A stretch of DNA of 64,000 nucleotides from Bdellovibrionales bacterium (lineage in GTDB: Bacteria; Bdellovibrionota; Bdellovibrionia; Bdellovibrionales; UBA1609). The notes under the pieces are model-generated. The model did not search any database and had not been told where the DNA came from. It worked only from the letters and a program-made list of their open reading frames with translations. The DNA is taken from the NCBI GenBank assembly GCA_965219095.1, contig CBDCMT010000001.1, forward strand, positions 1,280,001 through 1,344,000, in the 5' to 3' direction. Numbering within the stretch: the stretch's first letter is position 1; the number at the start of each line of letters is the position of its first letter. Made by a program: the position numbers and the translations under genes. Below, in pieces: positions 48,101 through 58,463 of the stretch.

Positions 48101-48422
48101 CTAAGTAATCTGCTGTCTCTATGGCAGTTAAATTTTTGTTCCTTAAGTTTAGAACATTGGCTCGATATATGGCTCTTGGATTTTTAGACTTCTTTATAAT
48201 TTTAAGAATTTCTCTCTTATCTTTTGGCTTTAATAAATTTAACATATGAGTATTAAAACATAAAAAAAAAATAAATAAAATGACCTGGATTAAAGGCTTG
48301 AAAATTGTGAAAAAAATTACTGGTCAGAACACTAGTATGTCTAAAATCTGGAGGCAATCCAGAAAAATCTAATATATTCAAATACTTATGAATTTTATCG
48401 TTTGTTAAAGGGCGAACTCAGG
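45125..48422 (+). mobile_element. IS1634-family element (transposase 45238..46860) with 32-bp flanking direct repeats
   Basis: IRs CCTGAGTTCGCCCT/AGGGCGAACTCAGG; direct repeat 45093-45124 = 48423-48454. Confidence 0.93.
46887..48332 (-). mobile_element. IS630 type C, intact single-ORF transposase (47160..48245), about 60-bp IRs
   Basis: IRs with one mismatch, TA duplication in a CTAG context; IDEK, MDNLNTH and TPSHGSWLNQAE motifs. Confidence 0.93.
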
Positions 48423-48501
48423 AAAAAACTTTCCAACAATTTGTTAACTTAAGCCTTTTGGAGATATCTTCCGTAACCTTATGCTATAAAAGAATGTCGA
48501 A

Positions 48502-49320
48502 TTATTTTTTGGAATTGGTATTACTAAAGTTTTTTTGTTTAAAGTGTTTGGCATTAATAATACTTGCACTACTTCCTAAAGCTCGAATCACAAAAAGACC
48601 TTCTTTCTCAGCTTTTCTAGCTGAACCTTGATTGGCCTTAAGATACGCTACAGCACCATAAATTATTTTATCTTTATACAAAGGAAGCATTTGTTTAAAG
48701 TTTTTTAATTTGTTTATAAAATGAGTCAAATCTTTTAGCCATAAGGTGGTCTTGACTTCTGTCACAACCACTTCACTGCCATTAACTACAATAATGTCAA
48801 ATTCAAAAGGCTCATCATTCCATACCCCGGAAGACTCTTGAGAAATACTCTGCACTTCAATGTTTCTTTCTTGAAGAAGTTTAACTAAATCACCTTTTAC
48901 CAGAGCCTCCATAAGCTTTCCCCATTGACCTATGAAAAGTTCGTCTAACTTTGCCATACGTTTATCAGACTTTTTGAACTGACGATCGGTCTCAAGTTTT
49001 GACTCTTTTAACAAACGCTCTGTTTCTTTGTGGGCTTTGGTGATTTCTTTTTGGGATTCTCTGAGTTGGCGGTCAGTCTCTTTTTGGGTTTCTTTGAGTT
49101 GGCGGCCAGTCTCTTTTTGGGTTTCTCTGAGCTTGCCGGTCTCTTTTTGGGATTCTCTGAGTTGGCGGTCAGTCTCTTTTTGAGCTTTAGAGGTTTCTTT
49201 GAGTTGGCGGTCAGTCTCTTTTTGAGCTTTTGCCAACTCTTTAATTCCCTTAAAAGCTCCTTTAATAGATTCCTGAAGAGCTTTGGGAATCTGGTTGTTT
49301 TTTGTTACTTTTATAGCCAT
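48502..49320 (-). CDS. Coiled-coil repeat protein with C-terminal PD-(D/E)XK-like domain (DUF3782-like)
   Basis: Repeated KETDRQL(K/R)E units then EFDII...TEVK; last codons come from an IS630 type A-like end (about 48490-48522). Confidence 0.75.
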   Translation of the reverse strand: MAIKVTKNNQIPKALQESIKGAFKGIKELAKAQKETDRQLKETSKAQKETDRQLRESQKETGKLRETQKETGRQLKETQKETDRQLRESQKEITKAHKETERLLKESKLETDRQFKKSDKRMAKLDELFIGQWGKLMEALVKGDLVKLLQERNIEVQSISQESSGVWNDEPFEFDIIVVNGSEVVVTEVKTTLWLKDLTHFINKLKNFKQMLPLYKDKIIYGAVAYLKANQGSARKAEKEGLFVIRALGSSASIINAKHFKQKNFSNTNSKK

Positions 49321-49702
49321 ATTATTTATAATAATATAAAAAAACTTTCTTTTCAAGTGGTTTTAAAAAAATTTCTTTTAAATAGCCTCACTGCGACATC
49401 TCTCTCTAACCTACTGTGAAAACAAGAAAATAAGAAAGTGCCAGAAAGATGCCGCTAGAGATAATACAACAATTAAATCCGCTTTCAAAAGTAATACAAA
49501 AGCTAACCTTTTATAAAGCTACAAGTAACTTATCACACACTTAATTTGTTTAGAGTGAGTTCAGAGTAAAAAATTAAGGAACCTTAGAGAACTTTCAGGA
49601 AATTTTAAGATAGATAGTGACGGCTAAGTTGTTAATTTTATTATTTCCTTTTAAATTTTTTAATGATTCTAAGAACTTACAAAAGTTCACAGGCCATTTT
49701 AT

Positions 49703-50050
49703 ATGAATTCTAGTAATAAAGACATTGATAGATTGTGTACCTCAGATAGAATTCGTGGTTCTGATACAAAAACTATGTGTAAATATACGACATCAAAAAA
49801 CCTTGATGAATTTGCTAAAGCTGTAAGATTTAATGAAGATGAAAGTTATGAACTCCCACGGTATTTTTATAATGGTGAATACATTATTTTTTTCTGGACT
49901 CAAAAGGAACGATCTGTTGTTAGTCACACTTATGATGTAGAAAAGGAAGAGAATTTTGTTTCTGTTTTTAGAGGTACTTATATTGTTCAATTTACAAATG
50001 AAAATGGTCAAACCTCTGATGTTTATGGCGTTAACTCTTGGGAAGATTAA
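49703..50050 (+). CDS. Hypothetical protein
   Basis: 115-aa ORF followed by a weak hairpin and T-tract. Confidence 0.5.
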   Translation: MNSSNKDIDRLCTSDRIRGSDTKTMCKYTTSKNLDEFAKAVRFNEDESYELPRYFYNGEYIIFFWTQKERSVVSHTYDVEKEENFVSVFRGTYIVQFTNENGQTSDVYGVNSWED

Positions 50051-50146
50051 AACAACACAACTATCACACTTAAAAAGAGAGTCTGGAATTTAGTTTCAGC
50101 CTTTTTTTTTAGAGAACACAACTGTAAGTCGGTTTCTTAACAGCAA

Positions 50147-50494
50147 CCACTGATCCATACAATATTAAGGCGATCTAAAAGAACATAAACCCCAAAAAGA
50201 GAATAGCAACTATCACAATTCATCTGCTAAAAGTTCCTGTATTCCCTTTGCTCCTATGCTTCCTCCTTCTCTTTTGTCTTGAATTTCATCTAACTTGATT
50301 TTGAAGTTCTCTTCTTCTGTCACTGGCAAACGAGGCTTGCCTCCTCTGCCTTCTCGATCTATCAATCCCTCGTAATCAAAGTCTACAAAAGACTGTAACC
50401 AGGACTTGACACTCTAAAAATTTAACAGAGTTTGATTAAAAAGCCAGGACGCTATGCGTTAAAAGAATGTCGAATTAATTTTTGGAAAAAGTAT
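50147..50494 (-). mobile_element. Deleted remnant of IS630 type A (left end plus internal piece)
   Basis: Matches 36940-37198 and 37366-37452. Confidence 0.8.
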
Positions 50495-50598
50495 AACCTC
50501 TAGCTCTTAACTTAAGGAAGAAATTTTTAAAGGGGGAGGTCGCCTTGCATCAAATTCCATAACTTGAATTTTTCCAAAGTTTTTTCTATAAACAACTT

Positions 50599-51414
50599 AT
50601 GTGGAAGCCCATAAAAACCTATGAAGACATCCTTTTTGAGAGGCTTTCCGATCAAGAAATTGCTAAAGTCACCATCAACCGTCCCCATGTGAGAAATGCT
50701 TTTCGTCCTGAAACGGTTATAGAGCTGAAGGATGCCTTTGAGCTTTGTCGCGATCGTCAAGATATTGGTGTTGTGATTTTAACAGGAAAAGGAAGGGAAG
50801 CTTTTTGTTCGGGAGGAGATCAAAAAGTAAGGCAAAAAGGAGGTTATAGAGGAAAAGACGGCCTTAGCCGTCTAAACATTTTAGATGTTCAAAAACAAAT
50901 ACGTTTTCTGCCAAAACCCGTTGTAGCTATGGTCTCAGGCTATGCTATTGGAGGAGGTCATATCCTCCATGTTGTTTGTGATTTAACAATTTGTTCTGAT
51001 AAAGCTCGTTTTGGTCAGACAGGCCCTAAAGTAGGATCTTTTGATGGTGGTTTAGGAAGTAGTTATTTAGCTCGTATTGTAGGTCAAAAAAAAGCTCGTG
51101 AGATTTGGTTTTTATGTCGTCAGTACTCAGCTTGGGAAGCTTATGAGATGGGTTTAGTCAATAAAGTGGTACCTTACGAGCAGTTAGAGATGGAAACTTT
51201 AAAGTGGTGTCGTGAAATGTTAGTACATTCACCTATGGCTCTTCGCTGTTTGAAGTCAGCTTTGAATGCTGACTGTGATGGCCAAATAGGCCTTTTAGAC
51301 TTTGCAAGCCAAGCCACTTTACTTTATTATTTATCTGAAGAGGCTCAGGAGGGAAAACAAGCCTTTATTGAGAAAAGGAAGCCGGACTTTTCAAAATTTC
51401 CAAGGTTTCCTTAA
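50599..51414 (+). CDS. menB: 1,4-dihydroxy-2-naphthoyl-CoA synthase
   Basis: [40 protein letters not shown] and KKAREIW motifs. Confidence 0.97.
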   Translation: MWKPIKTYEDILFERLSDQEIAKVTINRPHVRNAFRPETVIELKDAFELCRDRQDIGVVILTGKGREAFCSGGDQKVRQKGGYRGKDGLSRLNILDVQKQIRFLPKPVVAMVSGYAIGGGHILHVVCDLTICSDKARFGQTGPKVGSFDGGLGSSYLARIVGQKKAREIWFLCRQYSAWEAYEMGLVNKVVPYEQLEMETLKWCREMLVHSPMALRCLKSALNADCDGQIGLLDFASQATLLYYLSEEAQEGKQAFIEKRKPDFSKFPRFP

Positions 51415-51424
51415 TAGTTTAAAA

Positions 51425-52312
51425 ATGTTAAAATACCTTTTTCTGTCTTTTCGTATGAAAACATTGACAGCCTCTTTAGCTCCTATCCTTGTAGGAAGCA
51501 GTCTAGCTTTTTTTTACAAATCCTTTTCTTTTTCCCTTATGATCTGGACTTTTTTGTCTTCTGTGTGCATTCAAATAGGAACTAATTTGTTTAATGATGT
51601 CTTAGATTTTCAAAAAGGTGTAGATCATGAGGGAAGATTAGGTCCCTTAAGAGTAAGTCAAAATCAGTTTTTTACTGAAAAGCAAGTTTTCTTTATGGCC
51701 ATGGGTTTTTTTCTCCTTTCTATGTTATTTTCTATCCCTCTTCTTTTAAAGGGAGGCCTTTTGATTTTTCTAATAGGAGTTTCCGCTCTTACTTTTGGCT
51801 ATCTTTATACAGGAACTAAGTGGGCTTTATCATACACAGGTTTAGCCGAACCTTTTGTGATTTTATTTTTTGGAATTATTTCTGTAGGAGGTATGTTTTT
51901 TCTTCACACAGGATCGTATCATTTTGAAGTGTTTTTAGCTGGTTTACAAGTGGGTCTTGTTTGCACAACTCTCTTAGTCATCAACAATTTAAGAGATATA
52001 GAGTGTGATAGAAAAGCCTCTAAAAAGACTCTTGCAGTAAGGCTTGGGTTTCAAAAAGCTCGCTTTGAACTGTTATTTCTATATGTTTTAGCTTTTATTT
52101 TACAAATTTTTTGGATTGCTAAAGGATATAGTTTTGTTTTTTCACTTTCTTTTTTACTCATTCCCTTTTGCTTCCATCTTGTCTATAAAGTGTTCTCAAG
52201 CCCCCCTTCAAAAAAGTATAATGCATACCTAGCTGAGTCGTCTTTATTTCATATCTTGTTTTGTACTCTCTTAAGCCTTGAATTTCTAATTCCTTCTGGA
52301 GGACCTTTATGA
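51425..52312 (+). CDS. menA: 1,4-dihydroxy-2-naphthoate prenyltransferase
   Basis: R.KTL.AS, QIGTNL.ND..DF.KG.D and NNLRDI..D....KKTLAVRLG motifs. Confidence 0.93.
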   Translation: MLKYLFLSFRMKTLTASLAPILVGSSLAFFYKSFSFSLMIWTFLSSVCIQIGTNLFNDVLDFQKGVDHEGRLGPLRVSQNQFFTEKQVFFMAMGFFLLSMLFSIPLLLKGGLLIFLIGVSALTFGYLYTGTKWALSYTGLAEPFVILFFGIISVGGMFFLHTGSYHFEVFLAGLQVGLVCTTLLVINNLRDIECDRKASKKTLAVRLGFQKARFELLFLYVLAFILQIFWIAKGYSFVFSLSFLLIPFCFHLVYKVFSSPPSKKYNAYLAESSLFHILFCTLLSLEFLIPSGGPL

Positions 52313-53232
52313 AAAAGATAAAAAAATTGAATGGTTTTATTTACGATCTTGAAAGAAGAGATTTAAAAGGAACAAGATCAGGAATTTTATTACGTTATGA
52401 ATTTGAAGATGACTCTATAGGAGTAAGCGACTGCCACCCTTGGCTTGAAAGAGGAGATCCTTCTTTGAAACAGGTCATTTTGCTTTTGAAAGCCTGCAAT
52501 TTTTCTTCTCAACTTTTAAAAAGAAGCTATGAGATTGCTATAGAAGATAGCAAAAGTACCTTAAGAATTTTAGAAGAGAAAGATAAAATCAAAAGCCATA
52601 TAATAACACCTCTTGATGAAGACTTCCCCTTAGACTTTGATGTTTTAAAAATCAAGTTAGGGAAGGATATTGAAAATGAAATAAAAATCATAAAGAAAAA
52701 AAGAAGGCCACACCAAAAACTACGTCTTGATCTTAATTACAAAGTAACTAAAAAAAGATTTCTTAGCTGGATGTCAAAAAACCTTTCATGGCTTTCCTCC
52801 TATGTTGAGTTTATAGAAGACCCTTTTTATGAAGAAGAAAATGACTGGAGTATTTGCTATAAGAATTACAAAATACCTTTAGCTTGGGATTATAATGAAA
52901 AAGGGCCTCAAGTTTTAGATTCTCAGTTCCTTGTTCTCAAACCAGCTCTTATGTCCATAGACACCATGGACTTTACAAAACCCTTTGTTATCACTTCCTA
53001 TTTAGCACATCCCATAGAACAAGTATCCTCTTACTATACAGCATGTAAAGTATCGAAAATCCATCCTAAAAATACCCTGTTCTGTGGTGTAATATCAAAT
53101 TTTTATAAAAAAAACATGTTTTCAGAAGTCTTAAGTACAGAAAACCAAAAACTTTGTTTTCCTAAGGAAAGACATTGGGGTTTTGAGAAAATTTTGAAAG
53201 GTCTAAAGTGGAAATCAATTGGCAGTCTTTAG
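52309..53232 (+). CDS. menC: o-succinylbenzoate synthase, divergent enolase superfamily
   Basis: KIK, LRLD.N, FIEDP, LAWD and VLKP motifs; men operon context. Confidence 0.75.
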   Translation: MKKIKKLNGFIYDLERRDLKGTRSGILLRYEFEDDSIGVSDCHPWLERGDPSLKQVILLLKACNFSSQLLKRSYEIAIEDSKSTLRILEEKDKIKSHIITPLDEDFPLDFDVLKIKLGKDIENEIKIIKKKRRPHQKLRLDLNYKVTKKRFLSWMSKNLSWLSSYVEFIEDPFYEEENDWSICYKNYKIPLAWDYNEKGPQVLDSQFLVLKPALMSIDTMDFTKPFVITSYLAHPIEQVSSYYTACKVSKIHPKNTLFCGVISNFYKKNMFSEVLSTENQKLCFPKERHWGFEKILKGLKWKSIGSL

Positions 53233-54293
53233 ATAATTACCTTCTTTTTAACAAAAAGCTTTCCTCTTTATGGAAAGATGTTTTAGATCTTAAAAGATTT
53301 CCGTCTTTAAAGAAAGCTTGTGTATGGCTCTTAACTTCTGGGACGACAAGTTTTAAAAAAGATTCTCTTCGGTTTGTAGCTTTGTCTAAGGAAGCTTTGC
53401 TAAATTCAGCACAGTCAGTTAATGAAACTTTTGACATTAAATCGAATGAAAGATGGCTTTGTAAGCTCCCCTTGTTTCATGTAGCAGGACTTTCTATTTT
53501 AGCAAGAGCTTTTCTTTCACAAAGTGAGGTTTATTTTTCAGAAAAATGGGATCCTTTTTTATTTGTAAAAGAAGCTAGAGGGTTTCACTTAACCTCTCTA
53601 GTCCCGCAACAAGTTTATGACCTTGTATCTTTTAACCTGAAAGCTCCCCGTTCTTTAAGAATGGTTTTTGTAGGGGGGGGGGCTTTAAACGAACATATAA
53701 GACAGAAGGCGTTACAACTTAACTGGCCTCTTTACATCTCTTATGGTTTAACAGAACTTTCCTCTCAAATAGCTACAGCAAGAAAACCCTTTTCTTCTCA
53801 AATGAAACTCTTAAAGCATGTAAAAGCCCGTTTGTCTCAAGAAGGTTGTTTACAACTTTGTTCGCCCTCGCTTTTTTCTGCTTATATAAGAGTTTTTTCA
53901 GATAAAAGAATTATTCTAGAAGAACGAAAAAATGATTGGTTTGAAACAAAAGACATAGCTTCATTAGAGGAAGACGTTCTTTTTATAAAGGGCCGTAAAG
54001 ATATGAAAAAAAAGATCTCAGGAGAGCTTATAGACCTTGAAAAATTGGAGGTTGTTTTAGAGGATATTCTTCTTTCTCGAAAACTTCCTCTCTTTAAGAG
54101 CTTTCTTAAGTTAAAAAGATACGATAGAAAAGGTTATAGCATTGAGATGGTTTGTGAAAAAGAACTTCAGAAAAAAGCTTCTCTGATTTTTTGTGAATTT
54201 AACAAAAAGGTTATGCCTTTTGAGAGAGTTTCTAGACTTGAGTTTGTGGACAGTATAGAAAAAAGTGATTTAGGAAAGGTTCTTAGATGTTAA
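53208..54293 (+). CDS. menE: o-succinylbenzoate-CoA ligase
   Basis: TSGTT, LPLFHVAG, SYGLTE..SQ, WF.T.D and GR motifs; operon context. Confidence 0.85.
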   Translation: MEINWQSLDNYLLFNKKLSSLWKDVLDLKRFPSLKKACVWLLTSGTTSFKKDSLRFVALSKEALLNSAQSVNETFDIKSNERWLCKLPLFHVAGLSILARAFLSQSEVYFSEKWDPFLFVKEARGFHLTSLVPQQVYDLVSFNLKAPRSLRMVFVGGGALNEHIRQKALQLNWPLYISYGLTELSSQIATARKPFSSQMKLLKHVKARLSQEGCLQLCSPSLFSAYIRVFSDKRIILEERKNDWFETKDIASLEEDVLFIKGRKDMKKKISGELIDLEKLEVVLEDILLSRKLPLFKSFLKLKRYDRKGYSIEMVCEKELQKKASLIFCEFNKKVMPFERVSRLEFVDSIEKSDLGKVLRC

Positions 54294-54997
54294 GGGATGA
54301 GTTTCTTCAGTTTAATAATTCATTTTCAAGAAGTCTTGAGTTTTTTCTTAGGAAAAAAAAGCCTTATATAAGAATGTTAAAACAAAACTCGCCTCTTATT
54401 TATGTTGACTTTCATGAATCAAAACCTAAAGAAGTTTCTTTAAAACAAATTTTTTCAAAGGCTTTAGGCCTAAATCATGGAGTGGAGAGTGTTTTAGATG
54501 CTACAGCAGGCTGGGCTAATGACTCTCTTTTTATGTTAGCTTGTAAAAATTCACTCAAGGTTACAGCCTTAGAATCCCACCCTCTTGTTTACTACATGTT
54601 AGCAGAAGAGCTAGAAAGACATCGTAACCAAGACAACCCTTGGAGCAAAACCCTTTCTAAAAATTTCAAGATTTTACATAAAGAAGCTCACTCCTACCTT
54701 GAAAAGAGCAATAAAATTTATGATACAATCTACTTAGATCCCATGTTCTTTAATACTAAAAAAACTCTCAGTTCTAAGAAAATTCAGTGTTTAGAGCTCT
54801 TACAAACTTCACACCCTAACCCTCACAAGGAAAACCTCTTCTCTCAGGCTTTGAAGAAAGCCCTTCGAAGGGTCGTTGTCAAGAGGCCTTTAAAATCCTC
54901 TCAAGCATTACATCCTAAACCTTCTTTGAGTTTTAAAGGAAAGTCACTAAGGTATGATGTTTATCTTGTTAATTCAAAAAGAAATCAGGATCGTTAA
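54287..54997 (+). CDS. RsmJ/YhiQ-like class I SAM methyltransferase
   Basis: VLDATAG...D, IYLDPMF, RVVVKRP and R[YF]DVY motifs. Confidence 0.8.
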   Translation: MLRDEFLQFNNSFSRSLEFFLRKKKPYIRMLKQNSPLIYVDFHESKPKEVSLKQIFSKALGLNHGVESVLDATAGWANDSLFMLACKNSLKVTALESHPLVYYMLAEELERHRNQDNPWSKTLSKNFKILHKEAHSYLEKSNKIYDTIYLDPMFFNTKKTLSSKKIQCLELLQTSHPNPHKENLFSQALKKALRRVVVKRPLKSSQALHPKPSLSFKGKSLRYDVYLVNSKRNQDR

Positions 54998-54999
54998 CC

Positions 55000-56646
55000 A
55001 TGAACCATCTTATGCCATTCATTCCACCTCGCCTACCTGAAGCTTTATTTTTTATACTTATTTTATTCTTCTTATTTGTCTTTCAATTTTTCTTTTTAAG
55101 GTTCTCCCGGAGCTTTCAGAATTTAAACGAAAAAGCATTTGTAAAGCTTATTAACAGTTTAGGGAATAATAACCTCCTTCTTATGGCTTCTTCTTTGGGA
55201 ATTTCCTTTTTTACTCAGTCCTCTAGTGCCGTTAACGCTATGAGTTTGGCACTATCGCGCTCAGGTCTTTTAAGCTTCAAACAAACTGTAAACCTTCTTT
55301 TATGTTCTTACTTTGGGCCTCTTATAACACTTTTTATAATTCTTTCTATTCTACTTTCATCTCAAGTTTATTTGTTTTTTCTCTTACCTATAATTTTTGT
55401 AAGCTTCATTTTGCTACGGTTCAATTTAAATCAAGAACTTTCTAAGGCTCTTATTTATTTTTCTGCTCTGACGATCATCTCTCATATGGCTGTCACAGCC
55501 CTACAACATCCTTCATGGAATTTATATTTTTTAGAAGGCTCCTTTATCACAGATCATCTCTACAATCTTTCTTCTCACAAGATCCCTTTATTTTTAACTT
55601 GTATTCTTGTTTATTTTTTAACAGGAGCCAGCTTTGCGTGTTTGTCTTTTCTTGTTTTTTTAGACTTAAAGATGGGAACTCACTTTAGTTTAGTAGGATT
55701 TACAGGACTTTTGTTTGCAGGCTCTCTATGGGGACTTTTCGAAATCCGAAAAGGAGCTTTACAAGCTAAGAGGGCTGTATGCTTTCTTCTTCTCGTTCAT
55801 TGTATAGGACTTTTTTGTCTCTCTTACTTATGGTCCTACCTACCCCTCACATTTTTTGAAGAAGCTTACTCCTATGTGACATTTCATTTATTTTATGTTT
55901 TTTTCCTTATTTGCATAGGACTTTTTTTTCTGTATCTAGCAGGCTTTCTAGGTCTCTTTTCTAAGACACTTAAAAAGAGAGCTCAAAAACTAAAAGCCCC
56001 TCTTTTATCGAATCATTTTTCCTCAGTCTGGGCTCTTGAACAAATCCACCAAGAAGTAAAAAGAGCTTCAGTGAACATCTCTAATTTTTTAAACTTTAAT
56101 TTCTCAGCCTTAAGAGAGGATAACTTAGATGAGATTATCAATAAGCTTAAAAAATATGAAAGGATCATGAATTCTGTAAAAAGTGAGTTCTCCTCTTTTA
56201 TTTCCAAAGTAAGCACTTGCTCTCTTTCAAAGAAGCAAGGCAAAAAATTGAGAGGACTTATTTTGACTGTAGAAAATCTTGAAAGCTTATCTGATCATTG
56301 CCTAGAGTTTTTTCATAGCTATTCTGATCTAAAATACATGAATGTATCTATTGACAAAAAAATGGAGATCTCTTTGGAACAAACTTTAAAGAAAGTCATA
56401 AGCTACTATGAATCTGTTTTCATAGTTCTTTCAGAGCAAGGAAAACCCCCTCAAGGAGAAAGAGGCCGGAGAGAACAGCAGTTTTTATCCCAAAGTGAAG
56501 ACTTCAGAAAGCAACTCTTTGATTTTTTGTATGAAAAGAATTTATCTAAAGAGACAGCATTTTTACTTCAAAAGATGATTCTAAACCTTGAACTCATTCA
56601 AAAAGTTTCTAAGAAATTATTAAAAAACTATGCCGTTTACTTTTGA
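55000..56646 (+). CDS. Na/Pi cotransporter-family membrane protein with PhoU-like C-terminus
   Basis: QSSSA motif, many transmembrane segments, helical C-terminus with LESLSDH. Confidence 0.7.
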   Translation: MNHLMPFIPPRLPEALFFILILFFLFVFQFFFLRFSRSFQNLNEKAFVKLINSLGNNNLLLMASSLGISFFTQSSSAVNAMSLALSRSGLLSFKQTVNLLLCSYFGPLITLFIILSILLSSQVYLFFLLPIIFVSFILLRFNLNQELSKALIYFSALTIISHMAVTALQHPSWNLYFLEGSFITDHLYNLSSHKIPLFLTCILVYFLTGASFACLSFLVFLDLKMGTHFSLVGFTGLLFAGSLWGLFEIRKGALQAKRAVCFLLLVHCIGLFCLSYLWSYLPLTFFEEAYSYVTFHLFYVFFLICIGLFFLYLAGFLGLFSKTLKKRAQKLKAPLLSNHFSSVWALEQIHQEVKRASVNISNFLNFNFSALREDNLDEIINKLKKYERIMNSVKSEFSSFISKVSTCSLSKKQGKKLRGLILTVENLESLSDHCLEFFHSYSDLKYMNVSIDKKMEISLEQTLKKVISYYESVFIVLSEQGKPPQGERGRREQQFLSQSEDFRKQLFDFLYEKNLSKETAFLLQKMILNLELIQKVSKKLLKNYAVYF

Positions 56647-56652
56647 TCTTCT

Positions 56653-58185
56653 GTAACTGCTCACCTACATTGTTCAGTTATCCCTAACTTTAGACCTGTT
56701 TTAAGATAAAAGTCTTGCTCTTACAGATTTTCTTTTAAATACTTTTTTCAAATGACAATAAATAAGACCTCCATCAGAAATGAGATTGAAAATATAAGAA
56801 GTGACTTTGATAAGCTTGCAAAGAAAGGTTCTGTGCCTACTGAGATTTCTGTGATTGTTGAATCTCTCTTTAAGGTTGTGAACATTCTGATTGTTGTGTT
56901 TTTAGAAAAACAGGTTCGAAAAAATTCCAGCAACAGCGGTCTTCCTCCTTCGCAAGATTTTAGTCGTCAAGGGAATCGTAATAAGAAAGCTAGTGGGAGT
57001 CAAAAAAAGGGCTCTAGACTTGATAACAGTAAAGATACAAACAGTGAGGAGACTGTCTCTCCCTCAGAGTGTTCTCAGTGTGGGATGTGTTTAAAGACAG
57101 CAGAGGTAAAAAGCCTTGAGAAGCGTAAAAAGATTGATATTTTTTATGAAATTCAGACCCATACTGTAACTTCTGAAGTTAAGGATTGTCCCTCATGTGG
57201 AGCTAGAAATAAAGGTCAATTCCCTAAAGGTATGAGTGGTCCTCTTCAGTATGGTATAGGCATTAGAGCTTCCATCATCAATTTCATTATAGTTCAGATG
57301 CTGTCTTTTAGAGCGTGTTGGGGAACATTACATGGGGCTTATAGGTCGAATGATTTCTCCTGCAGTTATGTTGAGATACATTGCTGAATTAGGAGAGTTT
57401 CTTAAAAGTTGGGAAGAGCAGATGAAAGAAAAGATACTTGAATCAGAGGTCATTCATGTTGATGAGACCTCTATGAGGGTTAAGGGTAAAAACTACTGGA
57501 TTCATACTTATAGTTCAGGAGAATTAGTCTTGCAGTTTCTCCACCTTTCAGGTGGAAAGGAAGCCATAAAAGATATTGGTCTCTTGGATAGATATGCAGG
57601 AGTGCTTGTGCATGATTGTTGGAGTCCTTACTTTTGTTATGATAAGATAACTCATGCTTTGTGTGTGGCTCACCTTTTGAGAGAGCTTAAATTTATAGAA
57701 GAAAGCAATGGATTCAAATGGGCTATAAATCTCAAAAAACTTCTTAAAGAGACTGTGGAGTTAGTTCATAAAAAAGAGTCAAGAGTTCTGACTCAAAAAG
57801 AGTACGAAACTCTTCAGAGAAGGTATAGGAGTATTCTTACAAAAGGCTTAAAAGAGCTTCCAGAATTTCCTAAGAAAAATGGCAAGAAAGGACGAATAAA
57901 GCATACACAAGCTCAAAACCTTTGGCTGCGATTTAAAAAGTATGAAGCAGAAATACTGTGCTTTGCTAAAAGAAAGAACGTAGATCCTACTAATAACAGA
58001 GCTGAAAGAGATCTAAGAATGACTAAAGTGAAAAAGAAAGTGTCAGGGTGTTTCAGAACAGAAGAAATGGCGAAATATTTTTGTCGTATTACCAGCTATG
58101 TTAAAACAATGAGAAATAAAGGGTATTCTTCTTTAGAAGCCATCTCTATGGCTTTAAATAAAAACTTACGAGAGTGAGCAGTTAC
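56653..58185 (+). mobile_element. IS66-family element, single transposase with one frameshift (56752..57387 and 57332..58177)
   Basis: IRs GTAACTGCTCAC/GTGAGCAGTTAC; NSSNSGLPPS, CxxC, HVDET, VHDCW, C.AHLLREL and PTNNRAERDLR motifs; no target duplication. Confidence 0.92.
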
Positions 58186-58459
58186 AAAAAAACAAGCTTC
58201 CCATGACTTGGCTTCGGCATTGGAAGAAATAAAGAGGTTAAAAAAGGAACTGGTCTATGAGAGGAAGAACGTGGTTATATTGAAAGAAGTAGCGACTTTT
58301 TTTTCAAGAGATTGTAGAGGGTTTAAACAACAAAGTAAAACTCACTATGAGAAAATCTTACGGTTTTAGAACCTATAAAGCTCTAAAAAAAAAGCTTTAT
58401 ATCACAGCATTGGAAAATTGCTAGAACCTTCGGGAACTCACAGATTCTTTTGAGGAGGC
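58186..58459 (+). mobile_element. Fused degenerate fragments of IS3 orfA and the ISL3 right end
   Basis: 58190-58306 resembles IS3 orfA; 58308-58459 resembles the ISL3 3' end. Confidence 0.75.
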
Positions 58460-58463
58460 AAAA

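Noticed and set aside
48970..49230. Tandem repeats of about 33 bp as a CRISPR array
   Set aside because: No unique spacers, unit lengths are multiples of 3 inside an ORF, and no cas genes are present
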